Position numbers and translations under genes: made by a program. Below the pieces are notes generated by a model. That model made no database searches, had not been told where the DNA came from, and saw nothing but the letters and a program-made list of their open reading frames with translations. A stretch of DNA of 61,864 nucleotides, filler included, from Platydemus manokwari (Eukaryota), in assembly GCA_037951405.1 (NCBI GenBank). It is 5 parts of 5 records of this genome, joined end to end, with 100 filler letters (N's around TTAATTAATTAA, not from the genome) between each part and the next. Parts side by side here need not be neighbours in the genome. Positions count along the whole stretch, not along the records: positions 11,475 to 21,914 come from JBBMOY011123330.1; positions 22,015 to 33,832 come from JBBMOY010453333.1; 3 more parts are not named here. One strand, written 5' to 3'. Of the stretch, positions 11,699-23,700 are shown one piece after another (the first letter of the stretch is position 1; each line of letters opens with the position of its first letter).

Positions 11699-14600
11699 GT
11701 ATAATAGGCCAAAAATGGCATCGAATATTGTCACAAATATTGATCACTAGAAATGCTCAAGATCGTGTAGTATTGAAAGAATTGTCACTAAATTTGTCGA
11801 AACCATTTTACGAAACCATGTTGACAAGTAAAAATATTTATTATCATTTTTTAATTCCTCTGAATTTTTTCTAAATTTTCGATTTAGATCTGAAACAACT
11901 TCAAAATTTTGGTATAAATCTAGTGTTGGGAGATTCTTCAATGGCTATCGCTCAAACAGCATCTTTTCTAAAGATCCCCTACATATCCACAGGCTCATAT
12001 CTATATCAATCAAATAATCCAGCCAATTCTTATATGCCGTATTTTTATTCACTCGTGATACCAGAAAGGATTTATTCACTGGCTGTTCTTAGTATTCTTA
12101 ATCAATTCCAGGTTAAAACTGTTTCCATTATTATAGATTCCAGTGTCGGTAAGAAATGTTTGATTATCGAAATCCGTTGTAATATGGATTTGTTTTTTCA
12201 ATATAAATAGATTACGATAGTTTTGTCAAACCTTTTTTCGACCAAAAATCAATTAGTATTCGAATATGGACTCTCCAAGACAAAATTAGTGAAGATATTC
12301 GTAAGCTCCCAGACCAGCTAGACCAAATACTTGAAGAATCTAGAGCATCAAACATTTGGGATTTTATTGTCAAGGCTAAAATTGGAATAGTGAAAACAAT
12401 GATTTTGAGGGTTTTATTTGTCATTTGGTTATGCCAATCTATTATTTATTGTAGGCCAAATATTATGGGATGCTCGTTCAACCTAATAAGTGGTATTTAC
12501 CATCGTTTCTGTGCCATGACATAAATATCGCAGCTATTCGACAGATTCATTCCAACATCACCATGGTGAATGAACAATGCACAGAATCAATGCTACAGCA
12601 GAACAGCAATTACAGTGATATCGCTATAATGAATAAAGCAGTCCAAATATTTAGAAAAATTGATTGGGAGCTCTCTGCTGAGAAGTTGAATCGCGTAAGC
12701 TTTATATTATTTCTATTTTTAAAATTTTTTTTTCACGATTGGCTTTGTTACCATGACAATATACATGTTTGGTGATGTACCACTCTCTTATAAAAGAAGT
12801 TTTTCGAAGTATTTTATAATAACAGGTTCTAAAACAGGGTGACACGAGTTTGTATGATGATAAAGGTTTACAGATTAAACTACGATTTTCTCTTCATTCA
12901 TTAAATGTCGACGAAACTAAAATGGGAAATCTAAGATTGGTACGATATTGAATTATGTTTGAATTGAAAATAAAATTTCCAAACAGGTTGGAGTGTGGAT
13001 GACCAATCAAAAAGTTTCATCCCTAAACTATTTCTATGAGAAAAACAAGTCAGATGATATACGGTCGACACCAAGCTTTCACATTAGAGTGTCAGCTATC
13101 GAGGTATTTTATTTATTTGGTAAGTACATAAGTTCGTGCGTTTTTTACAATTATGAAGAATACATATTGATCAAGAATAAAAACAATGCAAAAAATTCCA
13201 GATGACAAAATGAGTTTAAGAAATCATTAGAAAAAAACAAATATCTCAGTCTCAATCGGTGAGATATTCTGTGCCACAATCGATCACATCCTTCCACCGT
13301 TCTGGCAGTTTGTCAATCCCATGTTTGAAGAAGCTTGGTGATTTTTGGTAGAAAAATTCTTCAATCCACGTTGTTATTGCTTCTTCTTTTAAAAATGTGA
13401 GATCAGGAAGACGGTTTTGACATGGAGCCGAAAAGATGAAAATATGTTGGGGCTCAGTCAGTTGATGGGGAAGAACTTCCAAGCCAAGATCTTCAATAGC
13501 TAATTTTGTTATTGTGGCGACATGAACATTGTCATGTTGTTCAATTATTTGCCTCTTCTGGTCCTCTTCGCTTTGATTGCAGAGTTCACTCTCTTGAGTC
13601 GTTCACAATAAAGTTCGATATTGATTTTTTGGCTTCTTGAAAAGATTTCGTAATGAATAACATCAACTTGGTCCCACAAAACGCACAACACGATTTTGCG
13701 TTGGTGAACGTCAAGTTTTGCAAGTGGTTGTGGTTGCTTTTGAGGACTTATCCAACAGCAGATTGATGATGAATGAGTAAAGATGCATGAATCGAAACAA
13801 GTTGATTTCTGTGACTTTCTTTGAGAAGGTGAGGTACTCATGATCGTAGCTTTTGAATTTTTCCCATTTTCTTGAGATGTCAAGAAATAGTAGTGTGATC
13901 ACAATCCATGACTTGTCCATGGTCTCGTGTCGATTGACGAGGATCATCATGAATCAATTAGTTCAAACATTCTTCATCAAAGTCACTAGGTCGGCCTGAT
14001 GAAGGTGTTTGAAATAGATAATTCAGCTTAATGAATATAACTCATATCAATTAAAACAAGAAGTTAGTGTGTTTTCTTTACAACAAATAAAACCGCACGA
14101 ATTTATGCACCAATCCAATATTAATAATGGATCTCATTATTTATTGATTAATATTTTTAGGAGCATCCTCATTTAATAGTTCTTCCGAACGGTTCGGCGA
14201 TCGGATATGGTGTTGATATTTTATCGGAACTGAGTAAATTGATGAATTTCACATATTCAATACATCTCACCAATTCAATCGGATCAAAAGATCGTTCAAA
14301 CTGGACTGGAATTGTAGGCGATATCCATTCAAATGTGTGTAACTTTCTGCTAGATTCATTTGCGTACAATGATCGATTATTTAGAGAGCTGATATGAGTC
14401 TTGGCCCACTGGTACAAACGAAAGAAATTGAAGATGTGCTCGATTTCTCTACATCATTTAAACAACGCGAAATCAGCTTGGTTGTCAGAAAATCCACTCC
14501 GTCCACGACATTATTTCAATTTTTTACTCCATTTTCCAATTATGTTTGGATAGTCTGTGTTTCAGCATTAGTATTATTCACTTTAACCATGTGGCTTGTG

Positions 14601-15905
14601 GAACATTTTCACGATGGTGAGCGAAATAGCATTAATAATTGCCCAAAAACTTAAAATATCATATGTTAGCATATTTCCAAAACGAACAGCCATTTCCTCT
14701 GAACCTAAAAGAATCATCATGGATAGCAATAGCCTGTGTATTGAAGCAACAAATGGATATTTTCCCAACATCAATACCAGGCCGGATAATTCATTTTACC
14801 ATTATATTCTTCAGTTTGATCATTATCAGTACCTATACGGCTAATTTAGCAGCATCTCTCACCGTTAAAGTCTCTCCAAATCTAGTGAATTCAGTCGAGG
14901 ATTTGGCCAACTTTTCTCCATCCAGTAAGTTCACTTTTGGAACTGTAATAGACAGTCCGATTCTGGAATTTTTCGAACAATCCGAAATGGAAATATATCG
15001 GAAAATATACAGCTTAATGAAGAATAATCCTCATTGGCTGGTCAATGACTCAAAGGATGGGTATCGAAGAGCTCTAACAGGTACCTGATAATTAGATACT
15101 AGAATTATTCCAATTCATTCTTAGAACCTTATGTGTTTATATGGGATGATTCTGTTAATCAATACGAGATTTCTACTGAGCCCTTTTACAAATGCAATCT
15201 CACTACAGTCGGGACACCGTTTGGGAAACGAAGTTTTGCAATTGGCTTGAGAAATGGAGCTGGATTACTGGAAAAACTTAATATTAATCTCTTAGGCTTG
15301 ATTGAATCCGGAATCAATGGAAATTTGGAGAATAAGTAATTATTGTAATGAGAGAATATATAGAGACCGGCCCTTATATTTATCTATTTGAAATCAATAA
15401 ATATCAATAATCCTTAATTCTTACAACGATAAATACCAAATTATTATTATTACTGCGAGAATTTTAATTTGAATTAAATTTTTAAAGTTTAATTTTATAT
15501 AAAATAATATTAATTTTTTCATATAATTGTATCTAAGATCTAATTTGGTGGCGTGAATTTCTAGTTCGCTTTCAATAAGTGATTTATAAAATACCAATGG
15601 GTTACAATTAATCAATCCATTAATATCTAATTTTCAGATGGTGGCAACAAACATCGATGTGTACAGCTAGTAAATCACAGGTAGATGATCAAAACCCTTT
15701 GTTGATTGATGAAGTTGCTGGTGTATTTTTAATTGTTGTCATCGGAGCCGTCTTGTCTATCGGGTGGTTGATAGGTCAAATATTATTCTACAAATTCAAG
15801 AAACATAAGACGAGAAAGATACAAAAGAAATACATTAAGAAAGAAGCAAACAACCACGAATCAGCTTCAGAACCTCTGAGAAAGGAAGGAAACGGTTTCA
15901 ATTAA
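11699..15905 (+). CDS. Ionotropic glutamate receptor family subunit (ATD, S1, M1-M3, S2, M4); first exon uncertain
   Basis: Phase-consistent exons 11699-11827, 11888-12148, 12211-12410, 12455-12694, 12826-12939, 12987-13103, 14161-14334, 14385-14616, 14670-15080, 15125-15335, 15638-15905. Motifs GYGVDIL, WTGIVG, DFS, TYTANLAA, FIWD, KWW, VAGVF. Confidence 0.93.
13114..14120 (-). mobile_element. Defective mariner transposon in an iGluR intron
   Basis: About 30-bp imperfect TIRs (…cataagttcgtgcgttttt / aaaaccgcacgaatttatg…) bounded by TA. Frameshifted transposase: PSGRP, KIVLCVLWD, QHDN, GIDKLPERWKDVID. Confidence 0.92.
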
Positions 15906-16049
15906 TGTTGGATATTTTTTTTTAATAAATTTTAATGGAACTGTATCTGTAATTTCTAATAAATATGTTTTATTCGACAATTATTCTCAATAATGGGCAG
16001 ATATTTTTCCAATTAATAGACTGGAGAAAATATATCAGTCATAGTTGAA

Positions 16050-16700
16050 GAGATTTGTTTTAATAATAAATTCCACCGATTCGATATCTTGAGCACGATT
16101 TGGTTGATAGTATAAGGTTCTCAACCTTAGCTTTAACAATCTTTACAATGTCATAAGATTGATGACTTTTCTCACTGAAGTCCCTGATGGATGATATTTG
16201 GAGGAGTTAACAAAGCGGCAAGATTCTCTTGAGTTGAATTCAGGAACATTAGCAACCTTGTCTGCTTGTGTTGGATAAAATATCGATCTTATGTAACTGG
16301 TTGTCACTTTCAAATCGTTAAACTAAACTTTCAAATACGTTCTCAAACTTTGCGGACAAGATTTGTATCGATATGTATGTTTCTGCTGCTTGTTGCGATC
16401 TTATTCAAGTTGTAAACCATTCTGAATGTGTACGTTCATTGAAGTTCCTAGCAGTACGCTTTGAACGCAATCAATAAATTACGATTGTTCTGACGTCAAA
16501 TCCTTTCTAATGTGATCATTTCTGAGAGCATTATAGAGCATTAAATTATGATGTTCAAAGGATAATCTTTAAGAATTAAGAAACAATCTACATTAAAGTT
16601 AATAAAGTTGTTAGCAAAAAGACTCAATTATTGAATCGAGCTTCCTAGCGGTTCCCTCATAAAACCCTCATAATTTCTTCATCTTAATATTTTAAGTGGG
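16050..16700 (-). mobile_element. Degenerate LTR-retrotransposon integrase fragment
   Basis: NVPEFNS...SKYHPSG resembles DNGPEF...PYHPQxNG. Confidence 0.35.
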
Positions 16701-17360
16701 TTTAAGACCCATGATTTATATTCGATATTTTTATTGATAAATTAAATTGATTTGGTTTCTTGACACACACACACACACTCCACTGTTCTCCATAGATGAA
16801 TTTCCAGAAAGAATTTTCCCATTAGAACTCTGTCATAATCTGTGAATCCCAGGAAAGAATTAATATTTTAAGAATAGATTTCTATCGAGAGAAATCTTGG
16901 ATATTTGATTCGTTTAATTATTCTGACTAACATATGTTTTAGAAATAATAAATTTTTATGGAATTGATTGGGGTTTTTACGATGAGAATTATCAAAAAAT
17001 CAATACATTATAAAAAAATAATGATTGAGTATTTTTCAATATCGATTGGCTAGAAGTAATTGACACCTCTTTATTATTGGTCAATTATTCCTGTAATTTA
17101 TATTGATTTTAATATTTTAATATCAATTTTTCTTGAACATTTCATAGAATACAAGTATTTTTCAACGTTGGCTCCATAACAGAGATTCCTTACCGGTTTA
17201 TTGATTATTGGTGTCAATAATGATGATCAACTAATGGACAAAGCCTACCCACACGACGAGTTGTGTCTAAATTACCTTGTGAATGGTCCTCATAATTAAG
17301 CAGATGTTTTGACAAATCGATATCACATAAAATGAACAACTATTTATTTTCAGAGTAGTT

Positions 17361-17747
17361 ATGAATATTATTTTCGCCTTGGTTGTTCTATTTATTGGAT
17401 TGTTCCACAGAGCTGATGCTGATCATTGCAAAAGCGATAACCTGATAAAATCTTTGGAATTAGGTGGGATGATGCATGATTTGCTTCGAGCAATGGTATT
17501 GCCAAATCTGGCAATTAATATTCAAAGCCTCCTGGAAGGAATTGTTCCGAAAAGAATTGTTAAAAAAGTTCTTTATATTTTGGAAGATGTTCGATTATTT
17601 TTCAAAGAACTAACCCGCAGTCGTTTCAATTGTTCGTGCAAAGAAGAGATATTGTATACCAGCGAAACGTTAGAACATTTAAATGATTGTGAAAAGAAAC
17701 TTGAAGACTGTGTGGAGGAAAAACACGTTAACGAGAAACATTTATAA
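17361..17747 (+). CDS. 128-aa secreted protein of unknown family
   Basis: Signal peptide MNIIFALVVLFIGLFHRADA, 5 Cys, splice acceptor ttttcag 7 nt before the ATG, AATAAA about 35 nt after the stop. Confidence 0.75.
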   Translation: MNIIFALVVLFIGLFHRADADHCKSDNLIKSLELGGMMHDLLRAMVLPNLAINIQSLLEGIVPKRIVKKVLYILEDVRLFFKELTRSRFNCSCKEEILYTSETLEHLNDCEKKLEDCVEEKHVNEKHL

Positions 17748-18216
17748 AACCCATGAAGATTTTCTAGAAATTTTTTTTACAAATAAAATGATCTTTTTGT
17801 AATAAATACGGATTATTTTGGCTCAATAATTTTTATTTGTTCTTTATTTTCCAGTATCATGTAAGGAGGATATTTAGCCGGAACAGATATTAGTAAATTA
17901 ATAATTATAGCTATTATATTTTAAATTATTATTATTATTACGGTGTATGATTATAAATACATTTTATACACACACACACACAAACTTAAACCATGGGAAC
18001 ATCTAAAACTGTTGGTGCTGGAAAATCATCTCAAAATGATTCCATACAAAATATTTATTTACAAAAAATGTGTTTCAACCAATTTTATCGATTATCCCAA
18101 AACAGACGTAATCAATTTTCATATGCTATTTATAACAAGAATTCATTTAAAACTATAGTAGCTGTTTCTATGGAATCGCTGTCTTGTAGAACAATTGGTT
18201 CAAAAGATTGACCAGG

Positions 18217-19809
18217 CTACGTTTGCCACGATTTGGCACACACAACACACCGACTAATCGAATCTAGAATTTCTTTCATGTTTTCATCGTGCATAATCAA
18301 ATATTGAGATTCTGTTGTTGAATTGAAATTTTGACCAGAAAGACTGCGCAGGTAGTAAGCATTGGCGTCGGCCCAATGATGACAGGAAGACATGCCATTG
18401 TTACATTCGACTAATGGGTGGAACGAGAAGTGCTGAATGCAGCTACCTGGCGAAGACAAAAGCTGACCTCCACTTTTGCTTGCGCTGGAATGCTAAAAAT
18501 ATCAATTAAAATAAGGTGAGATTTATTCAAATTTGTAAACGATTTATAATTTTTCGAAGCTCTTCATTAAACCATTTATCTTTCATTTACCCCCCCCCCC
18601 ACCCGTATATTTAATATTACAATTTTAACGAAATAATCAAAAGTATCGACATATATTTTACAGAATAAATAAGATAATAAGAGTGGAGTTATAAAGTTCT
18701 GCATTGCACTAGAACAGATTTATTAGTTTACTTATAAACTTTGTCTTGCGAAATTAAAAATGTAAGAAAAGCGACTTTACGAATTCCAATACACGAGTAA
18801 AAGATATCAATCCAACTATATGATTCGTCTAAATGATGTTTCCAACATTTATAAATCAATGACATACCTCGAATGAAACAAAGAATTCAAATAAAATGTT
18901 TTTGTGAGGTTTATTTTAAATGAAACAAAATGATCTTTTAAAAATGCGATAAATCATTAAAATTTAAATGATATGAAAACTATTTATAAATTATGTTAAA
19001 AATAAATATATCTTATCAATATTTATAAAAGGATCTTGCTAAACAATACTGTTAAACTTTCAGTATAAAAATTATTAAAATAATTTTGAAATTTTCGTTA
19101 AAAAAGATATAATATAAAAATGTGGGCAATTTTTGATAAAAAATGTGGACAAGTCTGACTGGACAAAATGGGTTTTAAAATTTAAATTGGTTTGAAAATA
19201 GTTGTAATAAAAATAAATTATTGTTCGGATAAAAATGACTTCTTATTTAAAACTCTAGGATGAAGAAATGTTGGCAACTAAAAATCATGAAAAATAAACC
19301 GAAGTGAATTTAAACTTCAAGAATAAACCTTTACAATGGCGGTCTTTATAAATATTCGAAATGGATAATGATGGCATAGAATTGAAGTAAATGTAAGATT
19401 AAATTAAAACTAAAAATAAGCTAGCAAACAGAATTTAGACCAAGTCCAATTAAGTCAAAATAAAATAATCTTTATAAAAATCTCGAAAAGATATTTTGTC
19501 ACTCATTGAAAACGATCTACAAAGTCATGACATCCACTTATATTTATACAATTTTTTTATACCAAATGAAACTTTTATATAAAATTTAATCTATAAAAAT
19601 TTTAATTCAATTTGAAGTGCTCAAAGTCAACGCAGAGCAATCTAAAAAATTTATTTCAGCAAATTGAATTATGATGTCTAATCGGTAACATCTAGTTATG
19701 TTACACGGTGACAAATTATTGGCACTAAAAATCATTTAGAAAGATTTCATATTCGACATAATGAAACATGTGAGAAAAGTATAAATTAATCAATAATTGT
19801 TCGAAAATT

Positions 19810-19854
<45 letters not shown>

Positions 19855-21197
19855 CATCACAAAACTGTAACCCTTCCACAACTCTATCCAATTCTGCGGA
19901 CAAGAAATATCGATATATCTCTCGGTTTGTGAATGAAAGGCATAAGGTTGGGTAGGATTCTCACATACAACACATTTAGATAATCTTTTGTTCATGCTAG
20001 TTATATCAACTGGCCCCATAGATGCAGGCTCTAGAGAACTCAACCAATACGTTCTGTCCGATCTTATTCCAGAACTGCAAGATCCATCTCTCAGGCAGTG
20101 AGCAAACGGCATGAGACTAAATGTTTTGAGGCAAGAACTTGCACTACCTATAATTAAAACCAATGCAAATTTTAAATCAAACGTATGCTTAGCAGTGCAA
20201 AGTTCAGAGTAACGAATCCAAAATTAAAAAATAAGATGATAAAACAAACTGTTTAAATTTATTGTTTAAAGTTATCATTTAACACCTTAAAATATCAACT
20301 TACCAAGATCCATGGAGTGCAACTGACCTCCACCATTCATCATAACAAAGCTGTAGCCATCATATACCTTTTCTGAATAACCAGGACATCTGAGATTTTT
20401 GGTATCAGAGTCTTGAATGTGATACGAGAAAAGTACTGTTGATGTAATTATGTTTGCTGCTGGCCGTCCTATTACACCTCTACTTCCTTTAATGCCTTTT
20501 TCACCAGGTTTCCCAATCTCACCAGGTTTGCCTTTGAAACCTTTTATTCCACCATTACCCTTATCTCCTTCTAATCCTGTTTCATAACTCTTTTCACCTT
20601 GAGCCCCATTAACTCCTTTATCACCCTTAGTTCCTCTCTCTGGTAAATCTCCAAAACTTCCTTTCTGGCCTTTAGTACCTTCATCGCCCTTTTCACCTTG
20701 ATCACCTTTATCTCCTCTACTTCCATCGCCAATTTGACCTTGAAAACCTTTAAGACCTTTAAGTCCTTTATTTCCTGTCAGGCCATCATCTCCATTTAAT
20801 CCTGGTGATCCATGATTTCCTTTCAGTCCACTATTTCCTTTTATACCCTTTATTCCGCTTTCTCCTAACATTCCTTTTGGACCCAATGAGCCTTTATCCC
20901 CCTTGCTACCTTTATCACCCATAAATCCTTTGATTCCAACTATTCCACTTTCACCTGTATCACCTTTAATTCCCTTTCTACCCGGTGCTCCGTTTGGTCC
21001 GTTATTTCCTTTATTTCCTTGATCGCCAAGTATTCCAGGAAAACCTACAGTATCGAGGTATTCAAACGAATATCGTAAATGTACTCACCAACCTTTTTTT
21101 CCTTGCTTTCCACGTGATCCAATTTCACCATCAATACCATCATCTCCACCTCCTGGATAACCTTTGAAACCTTTCCGACCATGTTTCCCGTGGATTC
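18217..21197 (-). CDS. Type IV collagen-like chain (Gly-X-Y plus tandem C4/NC1 domain); 5' exon(s) not found
   Basis: Exons 21197-21093, 21044-20304, 20147-19855, 18492-18217. About 75 Gly-X-Y triplets; NC1 with 12 Cys (GYSFVM twice, SPGSC, SKCVVC, SRCVVC). Confidence 0.92.
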
Positions 21198-21914
21198 CTT
21201 AATATAAATGTCAATTCTGATATTTTTATGTATCAATGTCTTGAGTGAAGATATGATTAATTTACAACACCACAATAATAATGATGTTTTCCAGATTCAT
21301 ATATACATTTCGATTGATTAAAACAAAAACGATTATTAAGAATTTTCAAATAAATAGTAGTCTATAGGAGAGTTGATATCATGACAACCGTTGATGTAAT
21401 TAAGATTACAAAGGATAAAATTGGTCTGCTAAATCAAATCGATTGCTGAAGTTAATTCCTTTGAGAGTAGATCAATATATTTGAATACATTTGGGGTATT
21501 AGAGTGTGCGTCGGATATTAAAAATCCCAATATAATTTAATTAGTGAAGTCTGTTTGGGTGTTTTACACACATATACTTACTGAGTCATAGAGATGTGAT
21601 TATCTATTAATCAGTATCAGTATAAAACGAATATTACAACTGATCAATTGCACTCGACATAAATCGATAACTCTTATTAGGACTTTCAAAATCGTAGCAT
21701 CCAGTAGATGTTGAGCACATGCCAAGCATGCAAACAAATGACTATTACTATTGTTTCAAACATGAAATTTTGAAAGTGAGGCCTATTTAAGACCAAAGTG
21801 CTGTATTAGTGCTGAGCAACATTTGATAAATCAATAAATATCTGGATTAACTAGATATAAATAGTTATCGTTCTTTAAATATCGTCTATGTTAGTTATAT
21901 TAAAATATATGAAC

Positions 21915-22014
21915 NNNNNNNNNNNNNNNNNNNNNNNNNNNNNNNNNNNNNNNNNNNNTTAATTAATTAANNNNNNNNNNNNNNNNNNNNNNNNNNNNNN
22001 NNNNNNNNNNNNNN
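21915..22014. other. Artificial contig spacer
   Basis: N44-TTAATTAATTAA-N44. Confidence 0.97.
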
Positions 22015-22248
22015 ATTTTCAACTATAGTAAAAGTGCACATAATTGAATTCAATGAATAACCCATTATAATTATGTTGGATATACATATAATATAATACA
22101 GATAGTATAAAGATAAAAATAGGTAATAAAATAATAATAAAAAATTACAAAAAGTTAAAAACAAAAGTCCATAACAACGTATGGAATTCACCATTAGTTA
22201 CAATTAGTCAGCAGTCACTAATTTAGAATTAATATGGCAAAATCACAC

Positions 22249-22262
22249 GTTGCCATGGGAAC
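22249..22262. promoter_or_regulatory. RFX X-box motif
   Basis: GTTGCCATGGGAAC, one mismatch to the GTTGCCATGGCAAC palindrome; second partial site CCATAGCAAC ending at 22293. Confidence 0.6.
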
Positions 22263-22387
22263 TTGAATTATTCAGCAATAAAACCATAGCAACGTCAGAA
22301 ATCTCCGATGAAACATGACTATGTGCTTTTACGCTTAGTCAGCAACTCGTGAGAAATAGTAAATAAACCAGCGAGTCTCAGAAATAG

Positions 22388-22721
22388 ATGCACAAATTTT
22401 TTTCCATCAATAACGAACTAGTGACTTACCGTTATTCACAATTCATCATTCTCAGGTGGTAACTCATATTACTAAACCAGAATCACTTTCAAGCATTTTC
22501 ACAAGCATTGGAACTAATATATATTCGAAATGGTAAGTCTTTTTCTTATGCGCGTCATTCTTACTTTTCCATCAATCTCTCACAGGGGATTCGTTGGAAA
22601 ACAGTAAATCGCAATCAAAAAATTCTTTAGAGTTTGTAGACTTAAAATCATTATTCATTTCTTTAGTTTTCATTGGGAGTACGGATCACCTAGACCCTCC
22701 ACCGATTTTATTCTGTTCAAG
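22388..22721 (+). CDS. 5' part of an unidentified small-exon gene
   Basis: Exons 22388-22420, 22456-22532, 22586-22603, 22667-22721 join GT-AG in frame: MHKFFSINNELVVTHITKPESLSSIFTSIGTNIYSKWGFVGKHFHWEYGSPRPSTDFILFK. Confidence 0.5.
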
Positions 22722-23379
22722 GTATAAATATTCTACTTTTAAGCTTGGTTAATCACAACCTTATTTCTGTGAAGAGTCAGATTTTTGGTGGACACCCATT
22801 AATCTGCTTTTGATAGACTGAAATAAATTAAGACTTGAATCATTGAGGTTGTCTTAATAATTTGAATTATTTTCATCACCAGAGTATTACAATATTCCTT
22901 CACATACTTCTTCTCAAAAGACAACCTTGAGAAAATTTGTGAGATCCTCCACGTCTCGGTATCAATGACTTTCTAAAACGAATGGTCAACCACGAAAAAG
23001 CAAGGCACCCTGGCGAACAGCTTTCGGCCTCATACTTATCAAAAAATCTTTAAAAAATTTCAATTTATCGCCAGAAACTTGGATTTTTACGCAGCTCGCA
23101 CGAAACAATTTGATGTTGATGAACTTCCCACTATACTTTATAGAATTGAACAAATCAACATTATACTGGCTATGTAGCACCGAACAGGAAACTGACGCAC
23201 ATATCTTCATTTATCAACTAGCTGTGCCAGGCCTAGATTCGAAATGACAGGCAATTCTTCTGGACCACTTCGGGCACTATTTTCAATCCTTTGGACACAA
23301 TACCGAAATTAATTTTACACCACCAAAATCATATCCAAAACTGAGACCATACCTTATCATTAGGAATAATGCTTACATA

Positions 23380-23700
23380 GTGAGTCTAAAAATACCTTTA
23401 GATATACTGGATAATTTTGAACGACACATAAATCTAAATTACAAAAAATTGAGGCTGAAATCAGCAAAAAATCACATTTCAATATCGATCTAGATGATAT
23501 CTGTATCGGAATTCTCCGATCCTGGGACTCACAAACAACAAAGTCCTATCAAACATCGGCCTGAATAAATCGTAGATAAACTTCATTCCCGCCTTCCTGA
23601 GGGATGCCTCTGCAATATACAAGGCTCACATCGATCAGAAGAAAATGAAAAACCCCTCGTGAACACGAGCCTTCAATTCAATTACCAACACTGTGTATCA
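23380..23700 (+). mobile_element. Degenerate LTR-retrotransposon RT fragment
   Basis: IDLDDICIG near 23484-23510 resembles the YLDDI catalytic motif. Confidence 0.3.

Noticed and set aside
14169-14844. Antisense and alternative-frame ORFs over the iGluR (also 44372-44608 over IDH3B and 55463-55666 over the helicase)
   Set aside because: Shadow ORFs of real exons.
21264-21300. MNLENIIIIVV as the collagen signal-peptide exon, which would prove a short chain
   Set aside because: No phase-1 GT donor compatible with the acceptor at 21197.
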